Of a DNA stretch of 64,000 bases, positions 12,120 through 25,354 are shown one piece after another. The stretch comes from Camelus dromedarius. Taxonomy: Eukaryota. Under the pieces are notes generated by a model, which did not search any database, had not been told where the DNA came from, and saw only the letters and a list, made by a program, of their open reading frames with translations. How positions within the stretch are numbered: position 1 is the stretch's first letter; every line of letters starts with the position of its first letter. The translations under genes and the position numbers were made by a program. The stretch covers positions 38,132,001-38,196,000 of the forward strand of contig NC_087447.1 in the NCBI RefSeq assembly GCF_036321535.1, given 5' to 3'.

Positions 12120-14852
12120 ATTTTAAAAAAGTAGTCCTGCTTATGGCTTATAAGAGAATCATTAGCTTACATTCTGCATTGAGACCATTCCAAGGCTGCC
12201 TTCTCAGAAGCTGCTGCTGACATGAGAAGCAACGTGAATACACACCTATTTTAACTGTGCTCTTAGAGGTCTCTTAAAAACCTTACTTTGTACAAGGTGT
12301 TTTTTTTTTTTTCCCTCTGTGCCTATTCTTTATGGATCTCTCTACTGTAGCATTTGATATTGCAGACCATCTCTAAATTTCACCCACCCTTGGCCCTCCA
12401 CCCCATATAGGTTTTCTCTCACTTGTGCTTGCCATGTGGGCTTTGAATAAACTCCTAAGCAGCAACTCAATCTTACTCGCAGTCACTTTCTCTGGGATCA
12501 AAAATACGTTTACCAAAAAGCAGCAGGTCTTAGCCTGAAATCCCCTGCATACTAGGAACTGAAAACAGATACAGTGAAAGCCACAAATTGATGGTAGACT
12601 GCCTTCCGTGTAATTTGGACAACTAGGATACTCGTGATTTTGAGAAAACAAAATTTTCTGCATAAGTAGTAGCTGATGTATGATCCAGGAATTCTACTGC
12701 TAGGTACATCTTTGAGTAGTGTTATTCAAGGTGTGGTCCACAATAAGAGAAGTACAGATATTAAGAGTAAACATTTAGAAATTTTTATAGCAATTTGACA
12801 TTGTTGAGATAAGGTTTTAGTGTATTTTTACAAAAGCAGAGTCCACAACAGATTGGGGCAAAAACTCCAAAGCTATACAGTTCAACATCAGGAGACAAGA
12901 ACATGAATGCACAGAGCTGGATACCACCTCCATGTCCATCAATAGCAGAATGGGGAAATCTTGGTACATTCACGTAGCGGAACACAACAGTGAAAATGAA
13001 TGCAGGATAGCTTCAACCTATATGGATGAATCCTAAAAACGTTATACTGGATGAGAAAAGTTACAGAAGGATACATACAGTTTAATTACATGCATGTGAA
13101 ATAAAATACACATTGAAATATGCTTTTAAAAATGTAAATATATGGGAAACTATAAAGAAATTCAGGATATGGATCATCTCTGAGGGAGAAGAGAAGAAAA
13201 CTGGATCTCAGAGTGGCATGCAGGGAACTTCAAAGTCACTGATGATATTCAAAGTTAATCGTGGGTTGATGGTGTTTGTTATCCTTGGTCTCTATCCTGG
13301 CAAAGAAGTAGACACAGCGACTAGAGTAAACTCTTCAGGACTTGTGCTGCACATGTCAAGAATGAAATGCAGCAAGAGCTGGAAAAGAATGTGGGGACAA
13401 TATTTTTGTTGCTAAACTGGTATGTTCTAGAACTTGTACTTGATAGTGATGATATAGGGCAGAGTGAGAGATCTCCAAAGGAGAAAAATCCTTAATGGAA
13501 ATATTATTGCTCAATGTCTCTATAATACTAGCACATAGATAAAAATTTAAAGTGGGAAACAGTAATTGAGTATTAGCCATTATTTATCAAATTATTATCT
13601 AGTTGTTCCATAGGTGGTCTGGAATATTTTAGGGGGTGGGGGAAGAAACAATTTAGTTTACATATATTTCAAAATTGTGAAATGTAAGATTAATTCTGAT
13701 TTCCACAGAAATATCATAATCTTAATAATCATTATATTTTTTAAAGTGGGGTAAGTACCCTAAGGCCTGCATTATTCTTTAAGAGTACAAATCATCTTAG
13801 ATAAATATTTTCATGTCTTTTGAATATTATTGTTTATAATTGTTAAATCTGCATTCTTTGCATTGTGTTACAGTATACCCTCCATGAAAAAACTAAACGG
13901 CTCAAAATTGGTTTCCTAAAGCTTAAGGTCCTAATAAAAATAGGAGCATAAATAACTCAGAATACGTGCTAAGTCTAAATCAAGAACAAGACTCTAATGC
14001 AAACTGACAACAAATTTGTGGGTGTGATAATACCACACAAACCCATAAAAATAAAAATATTACTAAGTCGTACAACAGTGACTATCTACAAACTGGATTA
14101 TTTTTAGACTTGCAATTCATTCACCCTATATTCTGCCTGTTTTGAAACTTTTATGACATTCAAACAAAATATAAAAGCCTTTTTGGTAATCCAATAGAAC
14201 TTTTCTAGAACAATCAATGCTTTCTAATCTAAAACTGAATATTTCTGTTCCTAAAACAGAAGATACAAAAACTATACAGGCACCATTCAGATTCTGTGCT
14301 CCTCACAGGAAAAGGATATGAAGAAAGATAAACTATTGCTGAGAGACTGGTAAAACTAGCCACCAAATGATAAACATTATGCTGGAAGCGGGAACAGATC
14401 AAATAATTTCCAGAATGGATTTGCTGTATGACATATCGAGACATCACAGAACTGAAAAGGCATACAATATAAAAGTAATTACTGTCATATTTGTACATAG
14501 CAGATATTTTATTTACTGGTTGGTGGATAAATGCACTCACGTGCTAAGTCCAAATCAGCTCTTGGTTTATGTGCAATACACATGACAAAAGATGGCAGAC
14601 AACTTTTTATGTGTTCATTTTGTGAACTATGGTAGAGACTTGAAAACATGTGCTGCAATCAGGTCTGAGAGATCAGATACATATACAGTCAGTAAGAGCC
14701 TCACTAAACAGTGAGAATCTCTCTTAACTGCAGATCTACCACTGCTTTATTCACAGAAAACAGTTGGTGGTTAAAACACACATGCTGGGCGTGATTCGGT
14801 GTTAAAAAACCAAAAATGGGATATTGAATTTGAATATTCAGAACCAACAGCC

Positions 14853-14882
14853 ACACACACACACACACACACACATACACAT
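14853..14882. repeat. (CA)n microsatellite
   Basis: Read directly. Confidence 0.95.
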
Positions 14883-16489
14883 ACTGCTGTGTTCCACTGT
14901 AAATTACAATTTTGCTTGGATTTTGGTAGAAGCATTCATTCTTCCTATATAATATGTAGCTTTTTAAAAGTCTTACTTCCAAGTACAAAGTATATGCTCC
15001 GTATAAAAATGGTTCCCAAGTCCACAAGATTTTAAGCATCTAACCTTCAATCCCAAAATAGATCCTATAAATTATTTAAGAATAAATAAATAGTTAAATT
15101 TTGAATCACAGTAAAAAAAGAAGTTATAGTGACTATGGTATGTGTTCAAAACATGTTTCTATTATACTATAAGACATTTTCTGAAAGTATGAAATTTAAC
15201 TGCTGTTTTTAGGAGCTTCCAGTGTTATATTTGTCTGTTTCCATCTAAGCTCAATACAGTATCAGAAATTATTATGTATCTTTACACACTGTAGTTACCT
15301 GTTCAAAAATAATTTTAAAAACAGTATTGTCTCATAAGTAACATAGGTGTAAACTATTAAAAAATTGTTTCTAGTTGATTTGATAAAGTAAACTCAAGAC
15401 TGTGCCTTTACATAAATTCAGCTTTTCTTTGTGGTTAAAAAGTTGAATTCTGATAAAAGTTTCTGTTTGAATATGTTTGTAAGTCCAACATGCTTTACAG
15501 AGCTCTACAAAACCACCAATACCACAGTGAAACATCAGCAGTACAACCAGGAGATGTTATCAGGTTCAATTACGTCAATGAGGTTTTATTTCATTGTTCC
15601 CTATGTAGCCAAAAAGAAAAACATATATGTCTTCAAGTCAAACTTACAGAACTGTGATATTCATGCAAAATTTGAAAGATTATCTATTATGGTACAGCTG
15701 TGAATTAACTGTTAAAACATCCTTTATTCTCATGTTTCTTGTTGACATTTTACTTGAGCTTCATGCATAAATCAAATGAAACTGAGTTTCAGTATTTCCA
15801 ACTTTTCCTATCTCGGTCTTCCAACTTAGGCCCATTTAATTCCGTGTTTACTGAACACAAACTAAAAATATAAAATAACTGGACAGCCAAAAAGCTAAAC
15901 TAACTAAAACTGTACTTTCTAATAGTTTAAAGTGCAAAGATAGTAGCCTTGACCCCTGCATGACAAAGAAGGGCCCCAGTCAGAAAAACTGAGCAGTAGA
16001 GGGAGGGAAAAAAGGGGTGTGTGTAGTGGGGGTGGAGACTAGTATTATTTGGAAACTAATCTCATTTACTGTTACTGATCAGTCAAAATATATGGTTAAA
16101 GTCCTGCTGAATTAGACGGCAAGCTATGCACTAGCACTCTGTTAGGTTCCTAATACATAGCGTCTTCTTTAATCTTCACTAGAGTTCTTTGTGGTAAGCC
16201 TTATTTCCTCATTTCACGAATGACGCAAAAGAGAATAAGAAAGGTGAAGTAACCTGCCCAGAATCATATGACTAGTAAGTGGCAGAGACAGAAATTAAAT
16301 TCAGATATGCCTCATTCCAAAGCTTTAAGGATTCTTAATCATTATCTTACAGTCTCTTATAATATTTATCATTTACGATCATTATCAACACTACTATGTG
16401 CTAGCAATATGGCAGGTGCTTGGCAGTCATGTAAAATCACAACAATTTTACAAGTAACCCCATTCAAATATGGAGAAGTTGAGGCTTAG

Positions 16490-16920
16490 TGATTATACTA
16501 ATTATTCTGCATTTGCCTCCCAGATCCCTTCTTTGCTCTCCTCGCCACCCCAGGGGAGGGTGACCCGTACACTCTGCAGCCCTTGAGCTTCCACGCAGCT
16601 GGCTTCCCCTTAGGTTGGGTGACAGCACGAACCTGGAGTTTGGGAGGAGAGAGTCCCCTGGAGGGACTGCAGCTATTACCAGATGGTCTTCCCATTCACA
16701 ACTTCAGCTGCCACTCTGCGAACACCATGTACAACCTTGTTCCTTCAGCCTCATGTGAGGTAACAGCTTTCCACAGTTAGTAGTCTCTAGTTGCCTCATC
16801 CATCTCTCATCCATCCTTTTAACCCTGCTCAATCTCTCAGAGCAGATTCTTCACTAAAATCTTTTTATTTGAACCACCTTGAAGTGAATTCTGTTTCTTC
16901 CTGCATGCCTAAATAACACA
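16490..16920 (+). mobile_element. LTR33-like ERVL solo LTR inserted in a MIR
   Basis: tg...ca ends; ttccttcagcctcatgtgaggtaacagcttt and tctgtttcttcctg motifs; MIR halves on both sides. Confidence 0.6.
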
Positions 16921-19900
16921 GGGACATTGCTGACCAGGTTCTGTCAGATGTCAGCTAATAAAGCACAGAACTATGATTTGAACTCAGATTTTATCTCCCT
17001 ACAATTTTAGTCTGCTTCTTTCTGAAAGTGATAAATTTTAAAAGGTCATCAAATCATCAAACGACCCTCAATACCAGACCCCATGTTCCCCGCATTTCAT
17101 TCTGTTACTACAGAGGAATTACCTGAGCTCTAGTCAATGGCTCACTTTTCCATAAATGCATAGATCCAATCCCCTGCTGCCTACCTGAGGATATTTCACA
17201 AACAGTTCTCTCCCCTTCTCCTACATCCTCATTTTCTCCCTCTACTAAATCATTCCCATTAGACTACAAACAGGCCGCAATTCCTTACCTCTCACACACA
17301 TGTACCTTCTCATGATCATACTTACAGCTAGCCATTATCCCATTTCTCTGCCCCTCCATTTACAGTAAAATTTGTCAAAAGAGTGATGTTTACCCTCATA
17401 TAATTCTCTCTGAGCTATATTAGCTTATTTCCTGGTACTTGAAAATGCCAGGCAACTCCAATAAAGATTTTTCTAAAGCCATACTGATAATTTAGATTTT
17501 ATAAAGTAGCACTTTAAATATATACAAGTTTGCCATTTTCTGTCAAGAGTACAAAACCAGAAACAATAGTACTTAAAGGGGCGGGATAAACACAAGCTGA
17601 ATGATCAAAATATGAAAGTACTGAAGTCCTAGACTGCTTGAAATAGGTGGAACTTCAACCTGTGAAAGTACCAATTACTTAAATCTCTATATCCTATTCA
17701 TCTTATTGGACTGTTTTGTTTTTATCATCTGATGTTCTGAAATTGAGTAAAACACCTACTTTTTTTTAACCTTAATATTTTTCAGAATTATTTTAAAGGT
17801 TTTAAACAGTTCCACACACCATGATCCAATTAGTTGTGCTAAGGTAATTCAAGCACAGAGAGCCATTTTCTAAATATAATATGAAAGAGTCTCCATTTTA
17901 CCAGTATTATTTTTTTTTTTATTGAAGTATAGTATCCTTAATTTCTTATTCACTCCAGATGTTTCCAAGTTTTTACCTACCAACTTCTCTTCTAGACTTC
18001 CCATGTCCTTCTGGATATGTAACTTAGCGTATGCCTCAACTGGCTTCTCTAGCCTATGGTTGAGCAAAATTTCATCTCCATTTCAGACATGAACTCTACA
18101 TTCCCACCAAGAGATGCATACTGTGGGAGACAATGTGCCAAAAATAAGTGGGAAAAAAATGGGATTGTAAACCTTTTCTGTTTTCTTCCTACTATGAATA
18201 ATGATGTTTGCTTTCTAAGTTACAATATGAATTTCAGTATAATTTAAGCAAGACATTAAATTAATGATAGCTAACATTTAAAAGACCTTACTAAAACCTG
18301 TGAACAATTCAGGACTGCATGAGGAATTTCCTAACAAGTATTTTAGAATTTTAAGCACAGTTTACGAACAAGACCAAAAGAGAAAAAAAGGTTTCTCACC
18401 TCAATCACAGGAATATGCTATTCACTTGACTCCAGTCTGGAAATAAAACCAGGAGATCACATTGGCCTTCTGGGGAGATCTGAGATCAACCTAAAATGGT
18501 GGTTTTATGACCAAGTCTAAAGACATCCCTATCCATTCATACAATAACTCAGGCAGACTGACGCCAGAGCCCAGGCTCCTAAACACTATACTGCTTCTCA
18601 CCTACTTACAGCTCAAAGAGAGGAGGCTTGGTTGCTTTCTCCCCCTCATCAACTCTTTAGAGCTCACACAACTAAAAGATCCACAAATTGCACAGACATT
18701 CAAGTAAGACAAAGGAACTAACTGGTCCTAGGCAGGCATACTTTCTGTCTAACAGAGGAAATACAGCATTTATTAATTGCCCTTTATCATTTATCTGTCC
18801 CCAGATAAACTATAGTTTAGATTTAAGAATGATGAACCAACCAAAGACACTAGCCCTACTGATAAAATAGTTGCATATATGTATGGTGAAAAAATAAAAT
18901 AACACGCAAATTCTTTGCTAGAAGTTCCTTTGTTTAGGAATTCTGCTCCTTGGCTCTTTTGATATAGATACCAAATGTCTCTAATGTGTTTACACAGACA
19001 CGTGACCTTTTTTTTTCCCAAATAACACAATGGAGAGTCCTAATGATATTTCACTGTGGGCAGAGATTATATTTCATCATCAACTTATAACACCTGACGC
19101 AAGAGGAGTACTTGAAGAGGGTTAGAATACTGCTCTAGAATAAAGCTAGAAATTCCCTACAAGGGCTCAGCTCCAGGCTTTGATGCCCTTCTGCAATCAT
19201 CCCACTCCACCCTGCCTTTGGTCATAAGAACTATCAATGCCAGCCAGCTGTGGGCCCAGGACCATTCTAACTGTGAAGGTTCCCATCTGCAAACATGTCC
19301 AACCCATCTTTGGACAGAAGGAGGAAATCACTGTAGGTAAGAGCTAAATATTGCTTGGGTCATGCATTTGAAAGAGAACAAATGGTGATTATAGCCCTTT
19401 TCATCAGTCTCAGTCTTTTAGTGTCCTCAAATTCCTGTCTCATTGCAACTAAAACAAAATAAAACCTGAAGAGGGGGGAGGCAACCTCAAGTCTGGTAAA
19501 CCGTAGGCGACAAAAGAGGTTCTGAAAACCTGTGTGTTCACTACATTAGGTACTCTGTTGGGAGCTTCATATGTATTATTATATTCAACCTGTGAGATCA
19601 GTTATTATATATAATTAAACTTAGACAAAGTAACTTACTGAATGAATAAATGACTCATTTAAAAAATTCCTCTTTCTTCTTCCCCATGTCAATCTAATTT
19701 GATCTAGATATTTCTGATTTTCTATCATCACCTTATTTTCATATTTTTATCATATCAATCCTGGATCACTTTCAGCAGCCTCTAATCAATTCTATCTACT
19801 TTATAAAGTAAAATCAATCTATAAAACCATGTGTGTCATGTTACTCTCCTGTTGGAAATAGTCAAAGTATATCTGAGCTTAGGGGAATTTAGAAGTTAAT

Positions 19901-22900
19901 TTCAATTTTCTCCTTTTACAGAAAAAGAAAACACGGACCAGAGTAACTAAGTGATTTTCTTTGTCTTCCTGACCTCTGTGCCTAACCTCACTCAATTAGA
20001 AAAAAGGCCTGTAGGCACACAGTCAAGCAAAACAAAGGAACTTCTTGGTTTTAAGTAAGACAAGTCTTCTCTCCAAAGAAAATAAAAATCTCTCTGAGTA
20101 CCATTTATAATGTTACAAACTCATATTTCCAACCAAACTCACATTTGATTACATCCCCAAACACATGGAGGGAAATCGAACAACAAAAATCTGTTTACCA
20201 CTTTCTGCATCTGACTTAAACCTTCCCATTTTCCTTGGTTCCTATTCTCTACTTCTTATTTCTTAATCTCAGTTAATGTAGTTGATCTCTTAAAACAGAA
20301 GAAATGGTTAGAGGCTACAATTCTTTCACAATAAAGCTTTCTGATAGTAGTAACTGCAAGTTAATTTAGAAAGTAACAATCAGAACTTAGATTATTCAAT
20401 ATGAACTAACGCATTGACAATAGGGTAAAGATTCAGGACTACAAACAAAAAACTCTTATTCTGTCAAATGGCTACATCTCCAAAATTTAGAAAGACGTTT
20501 CATACAAAGGACTATATAGGAAAGTAGCACAGGTATATTTAAGAATATTTCCTTATCACTTGCTTGCATAACTTTTCATGGATAAAATTCTAAATATTTA
20601 ACAGAGATACATTTACTAGGCCCTTACCTGCCTTTATTTTAGAACAGAACATTAAATTTAGGAGATAGATGTATTAAAGAAAATTATCATAAAAGGATCA
20701 AAGTAGATTTTAATTTTTTTACTTGAAAACATTTTATTTAATTTATACAAATAACTACTAAATACAAAAAGCAGATTAAAACAAAAGTTATTTTTTTCTG
20801 GCATAGTTTAAATGCGCATAATGGATAATTCCAAAGAAAATGCATTTTCCCCACAACATTCAGGACTAAAATTCTACTGAGATCGCTGCTTCTAAATCAG
20901 TAATATATTCAGTAGTGTCACATGGGTAATGGCTAAATACGTTCTGCATATGAACTGAAAAAAAGTACAGTCTACACACATATAAAATGTGAAGCACTTA
21001 AGTTAAATGTGAACTTAACTGATAATAAAAGAAAATGTCTATTCAGAGTATAGTGTTAAAAACATTTCAGTAATAAAATCATAAAGACCACATAAAAAAT
21101 AAGTTTTAACATATGCATGAAGCACTTTTGTAAAAACTGCTAAGTGCACAAGTAATAAATAATTTGCAAAGTTGCATATAAACAATTCCTAATGTTCAGC
21201 ACAATAAACATCAGCACATGCATAAAATGCAGCAAAGTGACATAACAGACAAAAAAGCTTAAAAATCTATGTATACTAACAAAATTTTTTTCCATTTAAA
21301 ATTAAAATTTACCGTTTTTCATTTGGGACTTTTATCAGTCAGGTAAAAATTACTCAGGTTGCCAACAGTATCTGTTTGACGCTGCTAGGCATTTATTGAG
21401 TAAACAAATTCTGTCATAATAACTGAGATTAAAATTAAGCAAAGGTACTAGCTCCACAGTGACTTGATCTGAAAATGGAACCTCTGGTCTACTAAAATTA
21501 ACAAAAACAAAACAGATTCTCCAGGGATCATTACAGTATCCTAAACTTTGTATTAAAAAGTTTTATGCCTTGCATAAGCAGAATGACTTTTTAATAAATT
21601 ATAGAGATAAATTTAACACTACAATTTAATAAAAATTTCACTACTCCTTGTTTTAACTTTTGACAATATGTGAAGTATACAAAGCAGCTTGACATTACTT
21701 TTGATTCAAACAACATTCATTGTCATGAAAATTGCTTTTACCACATTATTTATTTTGCATTTAAGCAGTTATTCCTTGTAATTTTAGGTTGAATTCATTA
21801 AGAAATATCAAATCTGTAGCATAAGCTAATATCCAAAGTCACTCCATATTTAATAATAATGGTTGAGGATGGTTTCTCTCATTCAGAAAAATTTCAGTCT
21901 CAGCCCTGAGCTCAAAATACACAATAGGTAATGGTAGAATATTACAGGGACTGCTTTGCAAGACTGCAAAGTCCTGGTTTGGGAGGGAGTGAAGGGGAGG
22001 AGAGAGTACATAGAGAGTCAAAAGTGCCTAGACAGTTCACATCTAAGCAGACACTATTAAGGATGAGGAAATCCAGAAATACCAAATTTAACAGGAATAT
22101 TATCATATACAAAAATCCAACCTTATAAAGTAGATAAATTTGGGGTATGGATGAACTGCAGAGTTATTTTAAATAATGCCGCCTATAAAATTGTAATAAT
22201 ATTCATACTCATAGGTTATTCAGATAAAGTGACATAATACTCATGAAGAGCTTCTGTACTACTGTACAAATTATCCTAATAAATGTTAACATTATTTATT
22301 AGTATTATTGATGCTAATAATGAATTCTCTTGTTTACAAAAAGTTAAGGAATAGTGAACATTAAAACTAAAGTATTAAGGAAACTATCCAGTAAAATTAG
22401 ATTATCAAATTAAATGATCAAATTATCAAGGAAAAAATAAAATTGAACTCCCAAAAATATCCATGCAATTCAGAAAGGAAGAAATAATTCAAGAAAAGTG
22501 AACTATCCCCCTAAGGCTAAGAATGCTTTTCGAAGTTTTTGCTTGAGTCAAGTTCTATCTCACAACGCATGTTACTCTGTCTTTATTTATAAAAATTGTT
22601 TTTTACAAAAATGCTGTATGTTATTTAACACAATCTAAATAGGAAGTTCCTAAAACACAAGCTTCCACAATCATTCTATCTTGTTCAAAATTAAAAAGGC
22701 AATATGATTTAACTGGTGTGTAATAAACTATTTTTATAAAAATTTTTGTTTGCTAACGTCCAAAGCAAAACACCATTTAGTTATCTAATATTAAGGGAGT
22801 TTTTAAAAATCTCCAGGGCCTGCTTGAGTTTTCCCAGAAAAGAAACGATTTTAAGGCTTTTTGTGCATTTCACTTACTAAAATATTTGAACACTTGAATT

Positions 22901-24178
22901 GACTGAACGTTGCAGAAAATGTTATTCATTAACTTTCCATGGAAAATAATAATGAACACGGGGATAATTTTAAGTCAATTTTATAGACCATTTTCATATT
23001 CATAAATTTTTTTTATTACGCTAAGAAAAAAGTTTGAAAACAATATGGTAGCTGTGACCAGATGGGTAGCTTCTGCTCCCCTCTGATCCCCTAAGAAGGA
23101 TACTTATCAGACTGTCACTCTGTATTCAATTAAATTACCTTACCTCTACCATCAAAACAGAGAGGCATAAAAATAACAACTCTATTCTCTGGTAGAAAAT
23201 GCTGGACATATAGGGATGGATGCTTAGCTTAACATTTACCTAAGGAAATCATAGCTATTGGATTCTTGTACAATAAAAATTTTCACCCTACAGAAACCGG
23301 GATTGGTGTCTGAGAACAACTCATCAATTTTAAACATCTAATGATACAGTTTATGAACCCAAGGATTATCAGAACATCAGGTGCTATTACTGAAGAGATT
23401 TCATTTAAAAAATCCATCACTGGGAGCATTCAATTTAATGTTGACATTAAAATTCAAGTATTTGTTTACATTTCCATCTCTTCTCCTAGATTCTTTGATG
23501 GCAAGGTCCCTGCCTTATCCTTAGTGACTAACAAAGTACATGGTTCACAGAAGGCACTATCCAAATAAATGAATACTGAATGGATAAATGAGTAAATAAA
23601 AGTCAGCTATTTAGGTGAGCCTAAGAAAACTATGACCTACTGAAACGTTTACAGAAACAACATCTTGATAAGAAATTTTTGCAGACTTTGGAAAAGTCTC
23701 CTTTAAATACCCTCACAAAAATGACTGAACATTCAGAGAAAGTGCTGGTTTAGCATTTATTTCATTACTTGATTTTTTAAATAAAGCTGTTACAATATTC
23801 ACAAAGCCCTCCAGCACATATTTTATCCCACATTTATGAAGGAAAGGCAAGGAAACAACAGATAAGTTACCATGATAGCTAGAATGCAAGTTTCGTTCAT
23901 TCAATAAAATTTATATTATATCTTAAATATTAAAATAAACATAATTCAGTAATACATATTCTTACAATAAGAACTTGTATATACTATTCACCTTAAGTAA
24001 TAATAAATGTTAATAATTCAAAGTACCTGCAACAATGGCATTGGATATTCATATCCTCTCTCTCTGATTTCTGCTGGCACAACAAAGTTACAGGTTCTGC
24101 TTTAGTGGTTTTTTGCTGTCATAATTTTTTTATGTCAAATCTCATTCAGAAGCTAGTAAATAAAAGGATACATATATA

Positions 24179-24194
24179 TGTGTGTGTGTGTGTG

Positions 24195-24228
<34 letters not shown>
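24179..24228. repeat. Compound (TG)8-TATA-(CA)15 microsatellite
   Basis: Read directly. Confidence 0.95.
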
Positions 24229-24229
<1 letters not shown>

Positions 24230-24237
24230 TTCATATG

Positions 24238-24668
24238 TGTGATGGTTAATTTTATGTGTCAACTTGATTGGGCCCACTGAGTGCCCAGACATTTGGCCAA
24301 ATATTCTGGATGTATCTGTGAGGGTGTTTTTGGAAGAGATTAACATTTGAATCAGTAGATTCAATAAGGCAAATTAACCTTTAATATGAGTGGACCTTAG
24401 TCAACTGCAGATCTGAATAGAATAAAAAGGCCAGGTAATAGGAAACTTCCTGCCTGACTGCTACGCTGTAACACTGCTGAGCTGTAACACTGGTCTCCTC
24501 CAGTATTCAGACCCAGGCTCACTATTCTTAGGTCTCCAGACTGTTGAGGTTTCTGGTTCTCAGTCCTTCAGACTCAGAATAGAACTGCATATTGGCTCTC
24601 CTAGGTCTCCAGATTGCTAACTTCTCAGTTTCCATCATCGGCTGAGCCAGTTCTTATTTTCTTCATTT

Positions 24669-24710
<42 letters not shown>

Positions 24711-24744
24711 GGTTCTGTTTCTCTGGAGAAACTTGACTAATATA
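24238..24744 (+). mobile_element. MLT2 (ERVL) solo LTR with internal (CA)n
   Basis: Starts tgtgatggttaattttatgtgtcaacttga; ends ggttctgtttctctggagaaacttgactaata. Confidence 0.9.
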
Positions 24745-24799
24745 ATACCCAAATCCATGGATTCCCTGAGTTCTATTCATAGTCTATACCCCTGGTAGG

Positions 24800-25255
24800 G
24801 ACCAACTAAAACACAATCTGAATGATAGAGAAGGACTCTATGACACATGAAGAACGGCAAAAGGAATCAGAAATTTTTAATCTAGCAGAGAAACTTCAGG
24901 AATGAAGAGAGAAATAGAGGGGTCACAAAAGTTGTCCTCAAATATTTCATGATTGTTAGGAGGAAGGGGGTTTGGGTTATTCTCTATAGCCCCCAAGAAA
25001 TCTAGGGCCAATGAGTAAAATACAAAAAGAAACACAAGGAGGTGGACTTTGCTTCACTGTAAGTATTTGTTCTTAATTAGTCAATGCTGTTCAAAACTGA
25101 GGTGTATCATCTTCAAAAGTATTGAGTTATTCATCATTGGAACTGTCCCTGCAGAAGCTAGCCTACTATTTAATTAGGTGTTCAAGGTAATTCAAAAACT
25201 AAAGAGTCAGACTAGATGATCTTTCACTTCCCTCCCAATCAGAATATTCTATTAT
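24800..25255 (+). mobile_element. CR1/L3 3' end
   Basis: gttgtcctcaaatattt...gactagatgatctttcacttccctcccaatc resembles the L3 terminus. Confidence 0.6.
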
Positions 25256-25290
25256 TCACACAGAATATTCTATTATATCCACATTATTTC

Positions 25291-25338
<48 letters not shown>
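25291..25338. repeat. (AT)10(AG)14 compound microsatellite
   Basis: Read directly. Confidence 0.95.
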
Positions 25339-25341
<3 letters not shown>

Positions 25342-25354
25342 GAAAACAAGAGAG

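Noticed and set aside
25240..25276. Direct repeat cagaatattctattat x2 (array-like)
   Set aside because: Only two units; a local slippage duplication. No CRISPR-like or other regular array in this eukaryotic window.
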